Shown here piece after piece: positions 42,088 to 52,217 of a stretch of 64,000 nucleotides of DNA (positions within the stretch are counted from its first letter, which is position 1; every line of letters starts with the position of its first letter). The notes under the pieces are model-generated. The model made no database searches. It was given only the letters and a program-made list of their open reading frames with translations, and was not told where the DNA came from. The translations under genes were made by a program, and so were the position numbers. This DNA is from a virus: the IMG/VR virus record IMGVR_UViG_3300047548_000772, positions 32,001-96,000 of that record, one strand, 5' to 3'.

Positions 42088-43288
42088 AGTTAATAGCTCG
42101 GGCTAGATCGGGCATTACTTCGGCTAAGTTTTGGTTGCGTTTAAAGTCTAAATCATTGGCATGCATACGCAATAATTGACCGTCTAAACTATTGCCATTG
42201 TTCATAAAATCAATAATGCGGTCGATTTCGCGTTGATATTCATCGGGGAACACACACATACGCAAATAATCGGCAATAATTTCCTTAGCATGCACAGGCA
42301 ACGTAGCAATGCTAAAATAATATGCATCGTGTAACATATTCCAATAGACAAAATCAAAACCTGTGTGCTTGATCCACCAGGCAACATCTTGCAAATACAT
42401 GACGTTAAACACATTAACAGTACAACACACTTGCAATGATATATTTGAATTTCGGCTGCGCATTTCTTTGAACTTTTGCACGTTAGCAGTTACTTCAAGC
42501 CAATTAGCATTGGTGCGTTGATATTCGAATCGTGCCCCGATATCATCAATGCTAAATGCAATTTCTACATGCTTAAACGCACGCCAAATGTCTTCGGCAA
42601 ATTCAGGAAACTGTGTGCCGTTGGTATTATAATGAATTTCAATTTGTTCTGCATAACCACGCTGTACTAGTCGTGCTAGTAGTTCAAAGTGTTCTTGAAT
42701 CATAAATGGCTCGCCGCCGGTGAATTCAATATAACGAATTTCGCTCATTGATTCATCTAATTGATCCCAAAACTGCTGGCTGTTGCGTGGCCAAGCACCG
42801 TCTTGCAGCATTTGATAATGAAATGAGTTTTTCTTTTCTTCTTTGTTTATAATAAAGTTTAATTCTTCTGTGGCAAATTGACTGCTAGACCACGATCCGC
42901 ATATACGACACTTTAAATTACAAATATTACCTAGCTTTAAATCCAAGAACATCAAAGGTTTGGCGTCAGCAGTCCATGGTTCGTCGTCGATCATGTGCTT
43001 TAAACGATCTAGTGTGTGCATACGCTTTGATGTCCGGCCCGAACGCTCTTCATTCCAGCAGCGACGGCATGTCTGCGGTTGCTTACCAGCTAAAAAGTCT
43101 TCACGTAGTTGACGCATGTGTGCAGAGTTTTGTATTTGGTCAAAACCTGCAGTATGCAATTTAAACTTTTCGCCTGTTTCATCGACTACTTCGTCGATAG
43201 CCAAGCAACATGGGCGCACAGTACCTATAGGACTGGCTTCTAAGCTAACCCAAGGTAGTACGCAGAATTTTTCGTGTGGTATTTTCAT
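42074..43288 (-). CDS. Radical SAM protein with N-terminal SPASM/twitch-like domain
   Basis: FCVLPW...RPCC...CRRC; NICNLKCRIC; GGEP. Confidence 0.9.
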   Translation of the reverse strand: MKIPHEKFCVLPWVSLEASPIGTVRPCCLAIDEVVDETGEKFKLHTAGFDQIQNSAHMRQLREDFLAGKQPQTCRRCWNEERSGRTSKRMHTLDRLKHMIDDEPWTADAKPLMFLDLKLGNICNLKCRICGSWSSSQFATEELNFIINKEEKKNSFHYQMLQDGAWPRNSQQFWDQLDESMSEIRYIEFTGGEPFMIQEHFELLARLVQRGYAEQIEIHYNTNGTQFPEFAEDIWRAFKHVEIAFSIDDIGARFEYQRTNANWLEVTANVQKFKEMRSRNSNISLQVCCTVNVFNVMYLQDVAWWIKHTGFDFVYWNMLHDAYYFSIATLPVHAKEIIADYLRMCVFPDEYQREIDRIIDFMNNGNSLDGQLLRMHANDLDFKRNQNLAEVMPDLARAINYVKT

Positions 43289-44547
43289 TTTAATCGAATT
43301 AACTCCGGGAGTGCGTGTAATACATTTTCGTTACGCAATGCATCTAGCGTTTGTGTACGTGACCAAAACTCAGGCAACAAATGACTGTTGTCTGTGCTAT
43401 CCATAAACTTAATTGCTGATTCAAAGCCTACTGTAGCACGTTGTAGCGGATCCTGTGGGCGCAACCATTCTAAGTGTTTTAAATATTTTTCTCGCAGTTG
43501 ATCTTTGAATTCTGGTGTGGCAATGTCAATGCGATAATATGCAGGATCTTGTAATATGTTTACGTTTAAATCCTTGGGTTCAATTAATCCCAAAGATGCC
43601 CACATACGATGAAAGTCTGGCAAGTGCCAAGCATTCATTATGCTTAGTGTAGGACTAATATAAAAGTCAACATTAGGGCACACATCTATCATTTCTATGC
43701 GATTTGCTTCAACCTTGGCCCATTCCGACCCCTTGCGAATATATTCAGCACGTGGGCCGTCGGCATCTAAACTTGCGCCCACTGCTACAGAATTAAATAG
43801 TTTCCAATATTCAAATACACTACGATCTTTTAATTGCGTGTGCGTGAAATTGGTATTATAAATTAGGCGTACATCAAAGCGTTCGCGGCGCACCAATTCT
43901 TCTAGAATATTGTAGTGTTCTTCCATTAATAATGGCTCACCGCCAGCAAAGTATATTTGCTCTACGTAGTCTAAGTGTGGTTCTAGTTGTTCCCACATGT
44001 CTGTTTCCCAACGTCCTGCGTAGTTCAATGGCTTATTCTTTGATTTCCAATCGCCACCAGCTAGTGCTGCTTGATCCTGGTACCAAGAACTAGAGAAGAT
44101 ATGTCCACAACTACGGCAGCTTAGATTACACAGGTTAGAGAAACGTATGTCCCAGTAGGTTAATTCAAATGGGTTTGCTTCGAGTTTTTTGATATGGTGT
44201 CCGTGATGTTTATTAGCACTACGGCGACCCGAAAAGAATCCAGCGGCTTCTTGTTCATAGCAACGTGCGCAAGCAGGGTTAGGAGTTTCTGTGAGCATGG
44301 CTTGGCGCAGTTGTGCCAATGGCTGATCGGTCCATATTTGTTCAAGTGTTTTTTCGCGGCAGTTTCCTACTTGTCCTACGCCCATTTCGGCATGGCAACA
44401 AGGATACGCTTCGCCGGTGGGATATGCATGAATGTGTATCCAAGGATAAATGCAAAACGTCTTAGAATCTTTTAATAAGAATTCTTCACGTTCTGTAAGT
44501 TCTATGGGCTTGACTAAGTCTGCGGAATTATACTTGTATTGACTCAT
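43285..44547 (-). CDS. Radical SAM protein with N-terminal SPASM/twitch-like domain
   Basis: FCIYPW...YPCC...CARC; NLCNLSCRSC; GGEP. Confidence 0.9.
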   Translation of the reverse strand: MSQYKYNSADLVKPIELTEREEFLLKDSKTFCIYPWIHIHAYPTGEAYPCCHAEMGVGQVGNCREKTLEQIWTDQPLAQLRQAMLTETPNPACARCYEQEAAGFFSGRRSANKHHGHHIKKLEANPFELTYWDIRFSNLCNLSCRSCGHIFSSSWYQDQAALAGGDWKSKNKPLNYAGRWETDMWEQLEPHLDYVEQIYFAGGEPLLMEEHYNILEELVRRERFDVRLIYNTNFTHTQLKDRSVFEYWKLFNSVAVGASLDADGPRAEYIRKGSEWAKVEANRIEMIDVCPNVDFYISPTLSIMNAWHLPDFHRMWASLGLIEPKDLNVNILQDPAYYRIDIATPEFKDQLREKYLKHLEWLRPQDPLQRATVGFESAIKFMDSTDNSHLLPEFWSRTQTLDALRNENVLHALPELIRLK

Positions 44548-45883
44548 AGAAATCTTTTAATCCTGGGAATGTTGCTGTAAAATCTTTATTACGGCGTTGA
44601 TCATATTGTTGATAAAAATGCTTAAAATCATTGTGTAATTTAGGCATTTCAAATGTGTCTGCATGTGGTGTTTTTACTACGTCTAAGTAATCAATTAGTC
44701 GTTGTACTTGATTTAATTCCATTTCATGTAGCAAAGGATTGTTGCAATTAGCATCGTACCAACGCTGTAGGTTTTGTCCACGTTCTGCACGAATTTCGTC
44801 AGGCAGGACCAATGGGCTTTGGAAACTTGGAAAACGTAGTATGTTTAGTGTAAATGTAGGGAAGTCGCGTCCATATTCGGCTTTGAAGTCTAAACACCAA
44901 TTTAAAAAGTCTGTCAATGATTCTAAGCATAGTGCATTAATAGTGCACATAACATGCAAGCCGCGTAGTTTGTTTGACTTGGCTAGTTTGTGCATATTAG
45001 ATTCCCAAGAATCCCAGTGCAATCCGTCGCGAATATATTCAGCGTGATTGAACATGCTTTCATTGCTAGTATATAAATCTACTGTTAGTCCTGTAATGCT
45101 GTCTAAAAAGCGATCAACCTCGACATCTGTGCCCAAGTTACTGTTAATTGCTAGTCGTGTATTAGTGCGTCCTTGATTATCTCTGAACCAATCTAGTAAT
45201 TTCCAAGTGTGCCCAGACATCAGCGGCTCGCCACCGGTAATTCTGAGTTCTTGGAGTGTTCTGTGTAGGTCTGATTCCCACCAGGCAAAGAACGCTTCGA
45301 CATAGGGATTGGTTTCACCATAAGCATATAGCTGCGAGGAATCGTGAGGATGTGTAAAATGGTTACGCCCGTCGCTAATAAGATTAGCATAAGGCCCGTT
45401 ACGATTAATATCTTTGACCCAAGTACTAGAGAAAGCAGGATTACAATAGCTGCAAGCGAATTGACAAGTGCGATCAAACGCAATCTCAAGGGTTTGTAAG
45501 TTAACATCCTGTTCTGCAGGTGTATTAAATGCTGTATCAAGATCTTTGTCCGAATAAATTACTGTTTTGTAAACGCGATCCGAAATGTTGTCGCGGCCAA
45601 TATCTTCAATTTTCCAACAATAACTGCAACCCGCAGGACGTTCTCCACGTTGCATCATTGCCCGTTCTGATTTCTTTTGATCAGTATTGTGCAGTTCCTT
45701 AGGGTTAGCTCTAACTTTATCAATGTTCACTAAGTGAGGAAGCGGATGGTGGCAACTTGTAGTCATGCCAGATCCCAACCAAATAGTAGCATTGTACCAT
45801 TTGGCTGCACAAAATGATTCCGACTTTATGTCGATAACACGGCGTTTGTATTCTAAGTCTGATTCGTTGTTGAGTCTAGGCAT
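44528..45883 (-). CDS. Radical SAM protein with N-terminal SPASM/twitch-like domain
   Basis: FCAAKW...SCHHP...CSYC; TCQFACSYC; GGEP. Confidence 0.9.
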   Translation of the reverse strand: MPRLNNESDLEYKRRVIDIKSESFCAAKWYNATIWLGSGMTTSCHHPLPHLVNIDKVRANPKELHNTDQKKSERAMMQRGERPAGCSYCWKIEDIGRDNISDRVYKTVIYSDKDLDTAFNTPAEQDVNLQTLEIAFDRTCQFACSYCNPAFSSTWVKDINRNGPYANLISDGRNHFTHPHDSSQLYAYGETNPYVEAFFAWWESDLHRTLQELRITGGEPLMSGHTWKLLDWFRDNQGRTNTRLAINSNLGTDVEVDRFLDSITGLTVDLYTSNESMFNHAEYIRDGLHWDSWESNMHKLAKSNKLRGLHVMCTINALCLESLTDFLNWCLDFKAEYGRDFPTFTLNILRFPSFQSPLVLPDEIRAERGQNLQRWYDANCNNPLLHEMELNQVQRLIDYLDVVKTPHADTFEMPKLHNDFKHFYQQYDQRRNKDFTATFPGLKDFYESIQV

Positions 45884-46868
45884 AAATGAATTTTAAGAAA
45901 TCGTTGTTAAACTGTGTTTGTCTATTACTATGTAGTTCAAATAAGTGCTGCTGGTTATATAAACGTGTTTCGGTTACTTCTTGCCAGAATTTAACTAAGT
46001 TTTGTTGGCACAACCACGTGACTTCGGCAATAATTCGATTTAATCTAGTTTGGTTGTCTTCAATTAAATCAAAAGATTCGTCAATTACGCTATTATACGA
46101 CATAAACCCCAGGTTGCGCAAGTCCCGATAAAATCCATAATTGGCTGCTACAATAAAAGGATGCGCTGCTAGTATAGGTTTATAAATCTTTTCTGTGCGA
46201 AAGCTATATGGGTATTCAACTACGGTTTCAGATACCAAGCTAAACCAAGTGTCTTGATATTGTTTAGGATAAACCATTCCGTCTATCCAAGCGGGTTCTA
46301 CGTCAGGATCGTAACCCTGCGGCAACAAATGTGGCTCAAAGCCTTGACGTGTGTATTCGCAATTAAACGCAGGATGCCCCCAGGTTGTTTGGCTTTCTCG
46401 TGCTGACCATAATGCACGATCTAATAGGCCTTGATGTTTTAATTCGGTAATTAAATATCTACGATGCGGGCGTATTTTTCTATTAGTAAAAAGAAATGTA
46501 AATGGTCTATTATTTGTATAGTCAATATCAGGGCATTGATTACCATTGGAATTCACAGTCATTGTTAAAAAATGCTCTGAATTAAGATTAACTACACTAG
46601 CATCGCCGCCGGTGATAAATCTCAGCAGCCCAGCATCAATCCATTGCTGATACTCTAAACGCTGTACTGTGTGCCATATGGTAGCGCAACTTTCGTCAAC
46701 CTTTTCTACACAAACAACACTGCCCGACTGTAAGCTACGCTCAACTATAGCCCAATATGAGTTTAGTGTGTTGACACTAATAACATAATGCCCTGGGTGT
46801 GCTGCAATAGTATCAACGCGACTGTCGGGATATGTTAGTGCTAGCCCAGGCTCAACTGTTATTGGCAT
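45876..46868 (-). CDS. Glycosyltransferase-like protein (ET..TEK family)
   Basis: FSLVSET...RTEKIYKPILAAHPF...GFMSY. Confidence 0.7.
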   Translation of the reverse strand: MPITVEPGLALTYPDSRVDTIAAHPGHYVISVNTLNSYWAIVERSLQSGSVVCVEKVDESCATIWHTVQRLEYQQWIDAGLLRFITGGDASVVNLNSEHFLTMTVNSNGNQCPDIDYTNNRPFTFLFTNRKIRPHRRYLITELKHQGLLDRALWSARESQTTWGHPAFNCEYTRQGFEPHLLPQGYDPDVEPAWIDGMVYPKQYQDTWFSLVSETVVEYPYSFRTEKIYKPILAAHPFIVAANYGFYRDLRNLGFMSYNSVIDESFDLIEDNQTRLNRIIAEVTWLCQQNLVKFWQEVTETRLYNQQHLFELHSNRQTQFNNDFLKFIYA

Positions 46869-48285
46869 AGTACTTGCACTCATCCCACCAGGCTTTCATT
46901 TCTGGGAATGTTGCTAAAAAGTCTGTGCCGCGGCGGCGATCATGTTCAGCGAAGAAACGATAAAAATCTGCTTTGTTGCGCTGTACATACGCAGGATCTA
47001 ACTTGGCACCATCGCGCATCCAAGCAATGTCACGATCTAGCCTAGCAATTTCATAGTCCTTAAACCCTTTAAAGCGAGTTTGTTCGGTTTCTGCATTTTT
47101 AAGCATATACACCCAAACTTCTTCTAAATGATCTGCATAGGATTCTGGCAGTAATTGCATACTTTGCCAAGCGGGTGTGCGTAGTACAGGCGTGTCAAAC
47201 CACACACGTTGATAATGATTAGAATAAATCTGACGCAAGCCTAGTATAGCTGTCATTAGATATTCAAGTGTGCTTACGCTTAAATTATTCATTGTAATAA
47301 TAAACGTAATCGAACTGCGTCCGGGAATTTCTGTTAAAAATTGATTAACACGATCCCATAATAGCGCAAAGTCTAATCCATTACGAATATATTCCGCACG
47401 TTCAAACATAGCATCTAAACTAACATATTGCATAAAGTGTTCAACGTGTGGGTCATTGTCGTCGCACAAGCGTTTAACATAGGACTTGTACTTTTGCCAC
47501 AGGCTTTCTTCTACTGAAAAATTACTGGTTACATTTAAATGTAACTTGGGATTGTGATTGGCCAGCACATAATCAAACACACGATATGTATTTTTATCCA
47601 TTAATGGCTCACCACCAGTCATGCGGAAATGTTCTAACTGTGGATAAAGCTCGGGCCACCACTGCCAAAATGCTTCTACATAAGGATTATGTTCTCTATT
47701 AGGTATTGGGCGGCGCTGCCCAGTAAAATAACCGGGATCATTATGAGGAGTGGAAGTAGGAAACGCTCCTTCACGCTGAGCCTCATCCATCCACGAACTC
47801 GAGAACTGAGGGCTACAGTAACTACAACGTAGGTTGCAAGCATAGTTAAAATTAACTTCAACATAACTGGGGATAGCATCTTCGTCTCCTGTGCTGTGTG
47901 CTATTTGATCAAAACTAGGTGCAGCCCAAGGTTCGCCCGAACGATAATGACGGTCCGATAATTTGCCATTATCTTCCATAGCCCAACAGTAACTACATTC
48001 TGCAGGCCGGGTTCCTTGTAACATTAACTTACGTTGCGACTTTTTATATTCAGTATTGTGTAATGCGCTGGGTTTACGCTGTATTTCTTCTACGGGTATA
48101 ACATGCAGTGGAGGATGATAGCACGAGTTATTCATGCCCGTGGTTAAATGTAAACTAACTTGCTTCCATTTGGCCAAGCACAAACTCGGACTAACTGCGT
48201 CTAGTTTTTCCTTGATTATTTCTGCATCACTTAAAAACTTTGATTTAAAGTCCTGTGTAACTTCATCGCCCTTGTTATTATTCAT
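46852..48285 (-). CDS. Radical SAM protein with N-terminal SPASM/twitch-like domain
   Basis: LCLAKW...SCYHP...CSYC; ACNLRCSYC; GGEP. Confidence 0.9.
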   Translation of the reverse strand: MNNNKGDEVTQDFKSKFLSDAEIIKEKLDAVSPSLCLAKWKQVSLHLTTGMNNSCYHPPLHVIPVEEIQRKPSALHNTEYKKSQRKLMLQGTRPAECSYCWAMEDNGKLSDRHYRSGEPWAAPSFDQIAHSTGDEDAIPSYVEVNFNYACNLRCSYCSPQFSSSWMDEAQREGAFPTSTPHNDPGYFTGQRRPIPNREHNPYVEAFWQWWPELYPQLEHFRMTGGEPLMDKNTYRVFDYVLANHNPKLHLNVTSNFSVEESLWQKYKSYVKRLCDDNDPHVEHFMQYVSLDAMFERAEYIRNGLDFALLWDRVNQFLTEIPGRSSITFIITMNNLSVSTLEYLMTAILGLRQIYSNHYQRVWFDTPVLRTPAWQSMQLLPESYADHLEEVWVYMLKNAETEQTRFKGFKDYEIARLDRDIAWMRDGAKLDPAYVQRNKADFYRFFAEHDRRRGTDFLATFPEMKAWWDECKYYANNS

Positions 48286-48736
48286 GTGAGTTTGTTCCGA
48301 GACGGTTAAGGTCAAATTGACTTTGATTCTTTAACATATAGCGCATTGGATTGTTTTCTGTTAAACACATTTCAATCGTACCGTTAAATCCCCAATAATT
48401 TTCGTGTGTGATTTCACTGTGATTATCACGGCGGCAACTAAAGACCTGATCTATTAGATCAATGTGTAAAGGAAAATTGTTTATTTTGATTCCTGTAATT
48501 TCAATCGCTTTGTCTTTGGTAATTGTGCCAGTGGCGTCAATTTCCATGTCGTTTTTATTTTTATTACTGACTGTAATTTTTAGTGTAGTCGGCCAATTTA
48601 CATCAAATGTAACAGTTGATGGTCCTTCGGGAAAATTATTGTTGCTGTAAATTTCTTGGTCGTCGCTACAGATTAACAAATGCATTGATCCGTTGCAATT
48701 TGTAGAATTAACATCAAAAGTAATTGTGGTTTTCAT
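48278..48736 (-). CDS. Accessory protein homologous to the C-terminal domain of ORF 5102-7213
   Basis: CNG, SNK, DKAIEITGIKINNF, GFNGT motifs align by eye. Confidence 0.75.
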   Translation of the reverse strand: MKTTITFDVNSTNCNGSMHLLICSDDQEIYSNNNFPEGPSTVTFDVNWPTTLKITVSNKNKNDMEIDATGTITKDKAIEITGIKINNFPLHIDLIDQVFSCRRDNHSEITHENYWGFNGTIEMCLTENNPMRYMLKNQSQFDLNRLGTNSHE

Positions 48737-50145
48737 GATGACAATTCTTTATGTGCTATACCTAGTGTGTCGTTGTTGCCCGACGTCGTCGGAATATTTA
48801 GATCCTTTAAAAGGTCCTTGAGTTCTTGTGCATATTTTATACGATCTTGAGTTGTTACGCAAGTAGTTGGTGTTATCCAAATAGTGGGTATTGATCCCAC
48901 TGAAATACCATATTCCTTTTGCTTTTTATCAAGTTGCGTATTTGGTAATATTGCTGCCAAAGAAAAAACTACTTGCGATACAGTATTGCGGGCGTATTGT
49001 TTTCGGTCCTTGAACCATTGTTTAGTGAATTCAAAGTCTTCTTTAGTCTCGGTTGGGTATCCAACAATTAACAATAACAGCAGTGGCACCGAATACTTTT
49101 GCGCCATTGCTAAATGATAATCAATTGCAGCATTGGTAAAGTTTTTACCTAGTGCTACGCGAACTTTTTCAATTACGCTTTCTATGCCAAGTTGTAAAAA
49201 CCCATTGGACTTTTTAAGTTTTTTCCAAAATTCTTCTGGGTGCTGCTGTTGGTTTCTAACAATAAAATATCCATCCCACGATATTTGCTGGTCAGGGTGT
49301 TGATCGTTGTACTCACAGATAAAATCCAATAATAGTCGAAACTCTTTCATGTTACCATTGGTCAAACTATTGTAAAAAAAGAATTTACGGATATTGTAGC
49401 GTTTAATTTGTTCGACCATTTCTGCAATAATGTTATCTGCAGTACGATATTGATATTTTTTCCAATGCTCAATTACATCGCAGAATTCACATGTGCGCAC
49501 ACACCCGCGGCTATCACATATTGGAATTCCTTGTTCTTTGTAATTGTCAAAATTGTAATCGTCAAAATCCGGATAAGGCAGTTGGTTAAGATCGCGTATA
49601 GGTTGCCACGCTGCTGAGTTAATTCCAATGTAGTTTAAGTTGTCTTTAAGGTACTCAATAATACTGTATTCACCGTCGCCGTTGATGTAATCGCTGATAT
49701 ACCCGTGACTCTTTAACATTTCGGCATAACTCATTGATGAATCTGCAATAAAGTTTTTAATACCGCTGCCGCCGATTACTATCTTAAGTGTAGGATTAGT
49801 ATATGATAAGTGATAGCATAGCCACAATCCAAAATATTGTGTGTCTTGAGTTAGAAAACTTAACCCTAGCACATGTGGGTTTACTTGTGTAATTCTATCT
49901 ACACAATAGTCTAACAAATCACCTATTTCTTGTTCAATGCCCGGGGAAAACTCTTGCTCCTTAAGGAACTTTTCAAGATCTTCGCGACGCGGACTTTGCT
50001 CGATTTTATTCATTACTTCGATGTTCAGATCAATGGCTTGAGCGTCGAAGCCGCTGGCTTTTGCGCAGGCTTTTAATAGCGCAGGAGCCAAAATAGGTCT
50101 TTGCGTTATAGTTCCTGGAACAGAAGCAAATAAAATATCAATCAT
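48733..50145 (-). CDS. Cobalamin-binding radical SAM protein
   Basis: LAPALLKA B12-domain start, DSRGCVRTCEFC, LGIES, IVGYPTET. Confidence 0.88.
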   Translation of the reverse strand: MIDILFASVPGTITQRPILAPALLKACAKASGFDAQAIDLNIEVMNKIEQSPRREDLEKFLKEQEFSPGIEQEIGDLLDYCVDRITQVNPHVLGLSFLTQDTQYFGLWLCYHLSYTNPTLKIVIGGSGIKNFIADSSMSYAEMLKSHGYISDYINGDGEYSIIEYLKDNLNYIGINSAAWQPIRDLNQLPYPDFDDYNFDNYKEQGIPICDSRGCVRTCEFCDVIEHWKKYQYRTADNIIAEMVEQIKRYNIRKFFFYNSLTNGNMKEFRLLLDFICEYNDQHPDQQISWDGYFIVRNQQQHPEEFWKKLKKSNGFLQLGIESVIEKVRVALGKNFTNAAIDYHLAMAQKYSVPLLLLLIVGYPTETKEDFEFTKQWFKDRKQYARNTVSQVVFSLAAILPNTQLDKKQKEYGISVGSIPTIWITPTTCVTTQDRIKYAQELKDLLKDLNIPTTSGNNDTLGIAHKELSS

Positions 50146-50154
50146 TTATTAAAC

Positions 50155-51081
50155 TTACCAACCTTCGATACTTCTAATAACGTCTATTTCGCGTGTCATA
50201 ACACCACGATTGTGCCAGTTGCTCCGATAATGATGCTTAAAGAAAGCACTTTGTTCTGCTAGTAGCATAGACATAGGCAAGTCAAGTTGAATATGTAACT
50301 CGTCGGCTACTGTGTTTGCTACTAATTCTGGTTGCGAGTCTTTGACAGTTAACCATAGTTCTTGTAACTTATCAAAGTTTTGTACCTCGGTATAATCCCA
50401 GTTTGTAAGCATAGTCATGTATGTGCCTTGGCGTGCGCCAGCAATTGCCCACATACCAAAATCCACATCTGCGCCTACGTTGTGCCAAATTGTTAAATGA
50501 TCTAGATTGCGCTTATGTACTAAGTCTTTGAACTCTGTTTGATTAGGTTTACGACCTCGATCTAAGCACATCTTGACGCCTTCGCGGAATCCTGCACGCC
50601 AAGCCTGGAACGCTGATCCATTAGGATATGTAGTTGAATAACAATCATGCATGGGCCAGTATAACGGATCGAAACAAAACTCCACTACAGTTTCGCTGCG
50701 TCCATCGGTATTTTCATGTGTGCGCATGTTATTGACAAACTCACGTGTCCAAGAACTTATACCACCGTTGCCGTACATTAGACCATTGATGTGATTACGA
50801 GCACGCCAACGTAGTGTTGCCTTTTCCCAGGATTCATCTGGAAACTCTAAGGTCAAGTTAAAGAAACTTTCGTCGGGTATGTTATCACCATCAATTAAGA
50901 TAAAACGTTCTGTGTCGGACGCTGCGGCTGCTGCTTTGTGTGCTGCATCGGATCCTTTGACACCATCTACACGTTTGGCCCAAGGTACCATATTACGAAT
51001 ACGCACCCAAAATTCTTCCTTTTGTGGTTCATCGTAGCTTAGGTAAATGCAATCTAAATCTGCTATATCAACTTGCTTCAT
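50155..51081 (-). CDS. GT-A glycosyltransferase-like protein
   Basis: DCIYLSYDEP, FILIDGD (DxD), YGNGG, AWRAGFRE. Confidence 0.65.
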   Translation of the reverse strand: MKQVDIADLDCIYLSYDEPQKEEFWVRIRNMVPWAKRVDGVKGSDAAHKAAAAASDTERFILIDGDNIPDESFFNLTLEFPDESWEKATLRWRARNHINGLMYGNGGISSWTREFVNNMRTHENTDGRSETVVEFCFDPLYWPMHDCYSTTYPNGSAFQAWRAGFREGVKMCLDRGRKPNQTEFKDLVHKRNLDHLTIWHNVGADVDFGMWAIAGARQGTYMTMLTNWDYTEVQNFDKLQELWLTVKDSQPELVANTVADELHIQLDLPMSMLLAEQSAFFKHHYRSNWHNRGVMTREIDVIRSIEGW

Positions 51082-51415
51082 AAGTTATCTCTGCTTTCCA
51101 GTAAGTTTTGTTAGGATAGTCTTTGCTGACAATAATAGTAATATCATCGGCGTAGCATGCATAGTCACCCGACTCAGCGGGCTTTAATTTCCAACTTTGC
51201 GGTACGCTTGTGTATATAATGCGACCATCGCGCACCACAGCGTCATATCGCATTTCAGCAAATGTTTGCCGATCAACAACAATAAAGTTGCCAGGAAGGT
51301 CGTCCATTGTGTAACATATAATTGTACCATCGTCATTGTAGTACAATCTATATTCTAGTCGTTGTTCCGGTTGCGACCAATCAAACTCTGCTAGTGCTTG
51401 TAAGAAGGGATCCAT
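51068..51415 (-). CDS. Hypothetical protein
   Basis: EYRLYYNDDG motif; start reassigned to MDPFLQ. Confidence 0.65.
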   Translation of the reverse strand: MDPFLQALAEFDWSQPEQRLEYRLYYNDDGTIICYTMDDLPGNFIVVDRQTFAEMRYDAVVRDGRIIYTSVPQSWKLKPAESGDYACYADDITIIVSKDYPNKTYWKAEITYEAS

Positions 51416-52217
51416 AATGTTTTTCCAATATATGTGCAAGAGCTTTTTCTTGATAATGCCATGCACCTTGTTGTTCTACTGTGTTAATGCGCACACGACC
51501 CTGATCCAATTCCCATACGTATTCTGATGTCCAAGGACGTATGTCTGACTTTAAATAATTGACCTGTGGTTTCATATGTATGATACTAGGCCAAGCATCG
51601 GGTAGTGTTACACGTTCTACGCCCATGTATTTGGCAACCATGGCATAAATCATGTCCGTGTTAGCAGGCACGTTGTCACAGAACTTTAGTGTTTTACGAA
51701 CTTCGGTCCATTGCTCAAAGAAGGTCTGCACTAGGTTGAAGAACTCCGCTGCTGTGCGACTAAGTCGCCAATATGTAATTGCATTGTACACATCGGGCAG
51801 ATCATTATCATCAAACATGCGTCGATATGCTCGACACTCACTAACATCATTTAAGTAGTTACGCATACCCCGGCTAATAACTACGTCGCGGTGCTCAAAC
51901 CATGACCACCAATGAGCAATGGATTCTGTAATTACCATGTCGGCTTCTAGTTTAATAGTTTCGCGGAACGGGCTGGCAGCAAACACTTGCCAGTCGTTGT
52001 GCCATCCGCCGACATCGCCGTATGGTAATGGCTTAACTAAATCAAATACTGGGTCAGTTTCTGTGTCGTTGGTTACTAGACAAATTTTGCAATCAGGCAT
52101 CCAATAACGTAGGCTTTTAGCCAGTGCTCTGGCACAAGCAAGATAGTCATCTTGGCCGTTGTTGCTGGCTAGGATTAAGTATCCACGTTCAAATTCTACT
52201 GCCACAGATTTTTCCAA
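51381..52217 (-). CDS. GT-A (GT8-like) glycosyltransferase-like protein
   Basis: GYLILA..N...DY, SPFRETIKLEAD; paralogue of the next ORF. Confidence 0.6.
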   Translation of the reverse strand: MEKSVAVEFERGYLILASNNGQDDYLACARALAKSLRYWMPDCKICLVTNDTETDPVFDLVKPLPYGDVGGWHNDWQVFAASPFRETIKLEADMVITESIAHWWSWFEHRDVVISRGMRNYLNDVSECRAYRRMFDDNDLPDVYNAITYWRLSRTAAEFFNLVQTFFEQWTEVRKTLKFCDNVPANTDMIYAMVAKYMGVERVTLPDAWPSIIHMKPQVNYLKSDIRPWTSEYVWELDQGRVRINTVEQQGAWHYQEKALAHILEKHYGSLLTSTSRV

